Positions 60,147-64,000 of a stretch of 64,000 bases of DNA are shown in pieces. The first letter of the stretch is position 1, and the number at the start of each line of letters is the position of its first letter. The position numbers were made by a program, and so were the translations under genes. The notes under the pieces were generated by a model. It saw only the letters and a program-made list of their open reading frames with translations. It was not told the DNA's origin and ran no database searches. Source of the stretch: Camelus dromedarius. Lineage: Eukaryota. The stretch lies in NCBI RefSeq assembly GCF_036321535.1, contig NC_087437.1, forward strand, positions 112,098,001 through 112,162,000. Direction: 5' to 3'.

Positions 60147-63100
60147 CCTGTAAGGTGGGGTGGGGGTGGTTGCAAAAATTAAATGAAATAATATACATAA
60201 GGCACCAAGTTCAAGGTTTGGTACATAGTAGGAACTTAATAAATGACAAGTATCATTATGCTTTTACAAGGTGTTTAGGAAACATTGGGTGCATTGATTA
60301 ATTCATTAAAAGGTACATTTTTTTTCTCCTTCAAGAAAAGTCTTCTGAGTTTTGTACAATGGGGAATGGAGTGGGAAAATGGGTATGTTGGAGGAATGTG
60401 GCCAGACTTTGATGTAGCGGTAAATCGGGAGCCGCTGGCAGAGCACACGACTGACCGCATTGCAATGACCCTTCCCACTGCCTGCAGACTCAGTCCATTG
60501 GAGTCACTTCTCTGGCAAGAGCATCTCTCCAGCAGGCCCCACTGTAGAAGTACATATGTCAACCTAGAGGGAGAATCCATTAGCACCCTAATCCCCATTA
60601 GCAAGGAGTGTGTGGCCGGATTACCTTGCTGTCACCTGGCAAGAAACAGGATCCGGCAGAGAAGGACACCCGTTAGGCACACTGTGATGGGGGAGAGGAG
60701 TGGGAAAGGCCAGGAGAGTGGCATGTGGTCCAGAGGCAGTGCCCAGATGGAGGCTGCAGTCAGCTCCCAAATTCAAAGGAAAAGCCCGAGCTTCTCTCTT
60801 GACCACCTGCCCCAGCGCCATCCATGGTCACAGCCTCCAGCATGCATGTCTTGTTGATTCTTCTGACAGTTTTGTAAGGCAGGTATCATTAGCTTCATTT
60901 TACAGACAGGAGACTGAAACTCGAGGTAATTACGTGGCTTTTTGTAAACAACAAACAGCTAGCCAGAACTCAAATCTGGCTGTTCTGAGTTCCCCATTTG
61001 GCATTCTTAGCACAATCGGTGTCTGAACATTCCTGATAAAGAGCTAACATTAGCCATTACTATTATTATTATAACTGTTGTCACTGTAATGGGCACTGTT
61101 GGAAGCAGTTCATGTGCACAAGCCCATTTAATCTCCGTAACAACAGTTCTATGTAGGTATGATTATTATCATCCTCTTACAGATGAGGAAAGAAATAGAA
61201 TTCATAACCACGCAGCCAGCGAGGGTGTAACCAGGCACCTGGCGGTCTAGATGAGACACCACACAAGGACATTCTCCATGGAAAAGTCACTTTTCCAGCC
61301 CTCCCACGCGGTTGCTCCAATGGACACCTGGGGGCTAGGCCCCCATTTCACCAGACCACAGTATCACAATTCCCAGTCTGCTGCTGCCCACCACCACCTG
61401 CCCCAGGGCTTCTGTGCGGACCTTCCCCCTGAGATGAGGCAGGCTCACTGTGGCATCGAGGGACAGCTGGATCTAAGCGAACTGCAGTACAGATCATCAG
61501 AAAATCATATTTGTCTCCTGGAAAGTTTTCTTAAAAGAAAGTGCTGTTTACTTTTAGGGGCCTTAACCTGATCATTATTTTGTTTTGTGCATTCCTTTTA
61601 TTTTACTATGCATATATTGTTTATAGCTTATATTTATAGCTTATGTATTATAATAATATTCATATATTAAATATTACTTTTATATTTTTAAATTTTTCAT
61701 TTTGTTTTTTGCCTTATCTTAGGAAACAACGGTTCATAACACCTAAATTATAGAGTTAATGAGCAGCTAAAGTTATCATTATTGGTTGTCATGTAAAGTT
61801 TTATTCTACCCTTCAACCACCCAGAAAATAAATTTTTTTAAAATTTTTGGATATATCATGTATATGTGTGTTATACATTAAACAGAATAAAATGTTTCAA
61901 CTATTTACATAGAATATGAGGATTTTACAAATCTTGAGGCACCAGGGAGAGAGGGTACCTCATTGTCCAGATTTTACGGAACTGTGAATTCCTGGCATCC
62001 TATGGGAGATGCTTGGCTCCTAGGTTGAGGATTTGGTCAATTATAATTCCTGACTCAGCACCATAACCCACTGAATTGCTTTGGAATTACTGGAATGGAG
62101 CCTTCTATTTCAATCTTGGTTCCTTACACCCATAAGCCAGCCTGCCAGTGGGGTAGGGTGAAGAATCACCACTATTTATTATCTGTGCATGTGTGTGTGT
62201 GTGTTCATATACATAAATACGACTCTCCGCTTCCAAAGGAGAACTAGCATGTTCATGTGAATTTAACTAAAGCATTTCCTGGGGAGAAGACAGAGCCAGG
62301 TAAGAAGGATGCTGGCTAGGACAGATGCAGGTGGGTACCATGCTGTCCAGGAGCTGAGCTGGGACTGAAGTGCCCAAGTGCCCACGCCTTTGCTTCTCAG
62401 CTGCCACTCAAACTGGATTCCCACATGATGGGTACAGCCACAGGGGAGTATGTCAATACGTTGTGACAAAATGACCTGCTGAGACTGTTTTGCTGGCCAA
62501 AACAAAAAATAGAACAGTAACATCAACCCAACAGTAAGTGCACATAATCTTAAAATTTAGGAACACTTTTTTTTTCGTTGGTTAGCTAGTTTTCAAATGG
62601 GTTAACTTCAAAAATAGAGGCCATTTCTGACAAGGGGTTGAGAAATATGTGCTTGGCATGTATTCATCTGTGAGTCTGTGGACGTGGTTTTCACTGGGCT
62701 TGAAGTTCAGGACTCCTTGCAATGTGACCCGGGTCTACACAACACAAAAATCTTCACGGAGCCTAATTTTATCTTCGTCTGCACCTCATTACTGCGGGGT
62801 AGCTTGTTTCGTGCAAACAACTGCCAGTTACTAGCATAACAAGGAGGCCGTGGTGTCTGTATTGAACACATCCCTCCGAGAATGAGAAATCTCCAGCCGG
62901 GAAAGAGGAGATTCTTGTTAAGCCCTGGAAATAGGCTGAAATGCAAATCTGCGTTCCCTTCCACACATGCCTAATTGCCCATAAATGTCATTAAGTTGAG
63001 AAATGTTTTCCACCAAATTAACTTTGACTCATGATGTCTAATTAGCAGGAGAAGCTGGAAGATAACAATTTATCAGTCACTGTTTAAGAAAAACATGTTT

Positions 63101-63679
63101 AACGGGTGACTTTTGGCTAGCGGCACTGTTGAACCAGGTATTGTAACTGTCAAAATCAGGCGTGAGCCCAGCAATTAAGCACAATGTCTCTGTTTTGGTG
63201 CCAAGAATTTTACAATTCCCTCGCAGATGTTAAAAAATTGTGGTGAGTGCGGTCTGCCTAGGAATCTATCGTGTCCCCAAACGAGGGGTTTGGAGTGGAA
63301 GGAAAGAAGACATGGGAGATAAACCCAAAACTCCTTGGCAGACAGTCTGAGGGCAGTGCCTTTTAAAGGATTGATTCTGTTTCCAGTCTTTCTCAAAACT
63401 TAAGGAGAAAAATCTCATTGGTGACTTAGAGCCAAAGTGCACACACAGTGCTTGCAAGATGCTCTGCCACCTATTCCAGCCTCCTGGCAACCCTACGAGG
63501 TAGATAGCGTTTCTGTCTCCATTCTGTCAGCAAGGAATTAGAGAGGTTAACAGAGCCCCAGAGATAGGATGCTTTCCCAGACTCATGCAGCCGCCAAGTG
63601 GTGGGGCTGAATGAGGATATATTGGAACCCAGCTCCTGTGACTCCAGAGGTGGACCTTGGTCCCCGCACCCGAGGGCCA

Positions 63680-64000
63680 TGTACGAGTTTGCTGGGGCTG
63701 CCTCAAGTGAGTGACTTGAACAACAATTGTGTGTCTCACAATCTTAGAGGTTAGATGTCTGAGATCAAGATGCCATCAGGGACGGTTCCTTCCGAGGACT
63801 GAGGGGAAGAGTCTGTTCCACGCCTCTCTCTGGGCAAGCTTTGGCATTCCTTAGCTGGTAGAAGCATCACCTGGATCTGTCTCTGTCATCAATGGTGTTC
63901 TCCCTGAGTGTGTGTCTCTCTGTCCGAATTTCCCCTTTTTATAAGGACACTAGTAATTTTGGATTGGCAGCCAGTCCATTCCAGTATGACCTCATCGCAA
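63680..64000 (-). mobile_element. MaLR LTR (MLT1C-like), cut by the window edge
   Basis: TCTGAGATCAAGATG..., TTTGGCATTCCTTAGCTGGTAGAAGCATCAC, TTATAAGGACACTAGT...TATGACCTCATC. Homologous to 4713-5131. Confidence 0.82.

Noticed and set aside
60285..60857. 190-aa ORF and other short intergenic ORFs in the track
   Set aside because: No domain signatures or consistent exon structure; many start at non-ATG codons or overlap repeats.
1..64000. OLIG2 coding sequence, CRISPR arrays, rRNA, intact transposase or reverse transcriptase ORFs
   Set aside because: No second bHLH ORF, no repeat-spacer array and no intact mobile-element ORF was seen; all recognised TEs are truncated or non-autonomous.

Overview
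Mammalian genomic DNA, most likely a camelid (alpaca/llama/camel): six copies of a tRNA-Ala-derived SINE match my recollection of the camelid Vic-1 family, and I saw no Alu, B1 or Bov-A elements. The only supportable protein-coding gene is the oligodendrocyte bHLH factor OLIG1 (uninterrupted CDS 11968-12777, + strand). It sits in a ~2.3 kb CpG island, with two CCAAT boxes and a TATA-like box upstream and poly(A) signals near 14.1 kb. The remaining ~60 kb is intergenic; by human synteny it would be the interval between OLIG2 (upstream) and IFNAR2 (downstream). It holds ordinary interspersed repeats (L1, L2, MIR, MaLR and ERV1-like solo LTRs, hAT MITEs), microsatellites, an orphan CpG-rich patch at ~41 kb, and several repeat-poor blocks dense in POU/SOX/homeodomain/MEIS/E-box motifs that look like neural enhancers. 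I found no convincing novel biological system. The best leads are the candidate enhancers, the graded start-codon contexts of OLIG1 (including a possibly lineage-specific Met55 in optimal Kozak context) and a nested insertion in a MER33. Repeat family names come from remembered consensus sequences, repeat boundaries are approximate, and nothing was searched or aligned.
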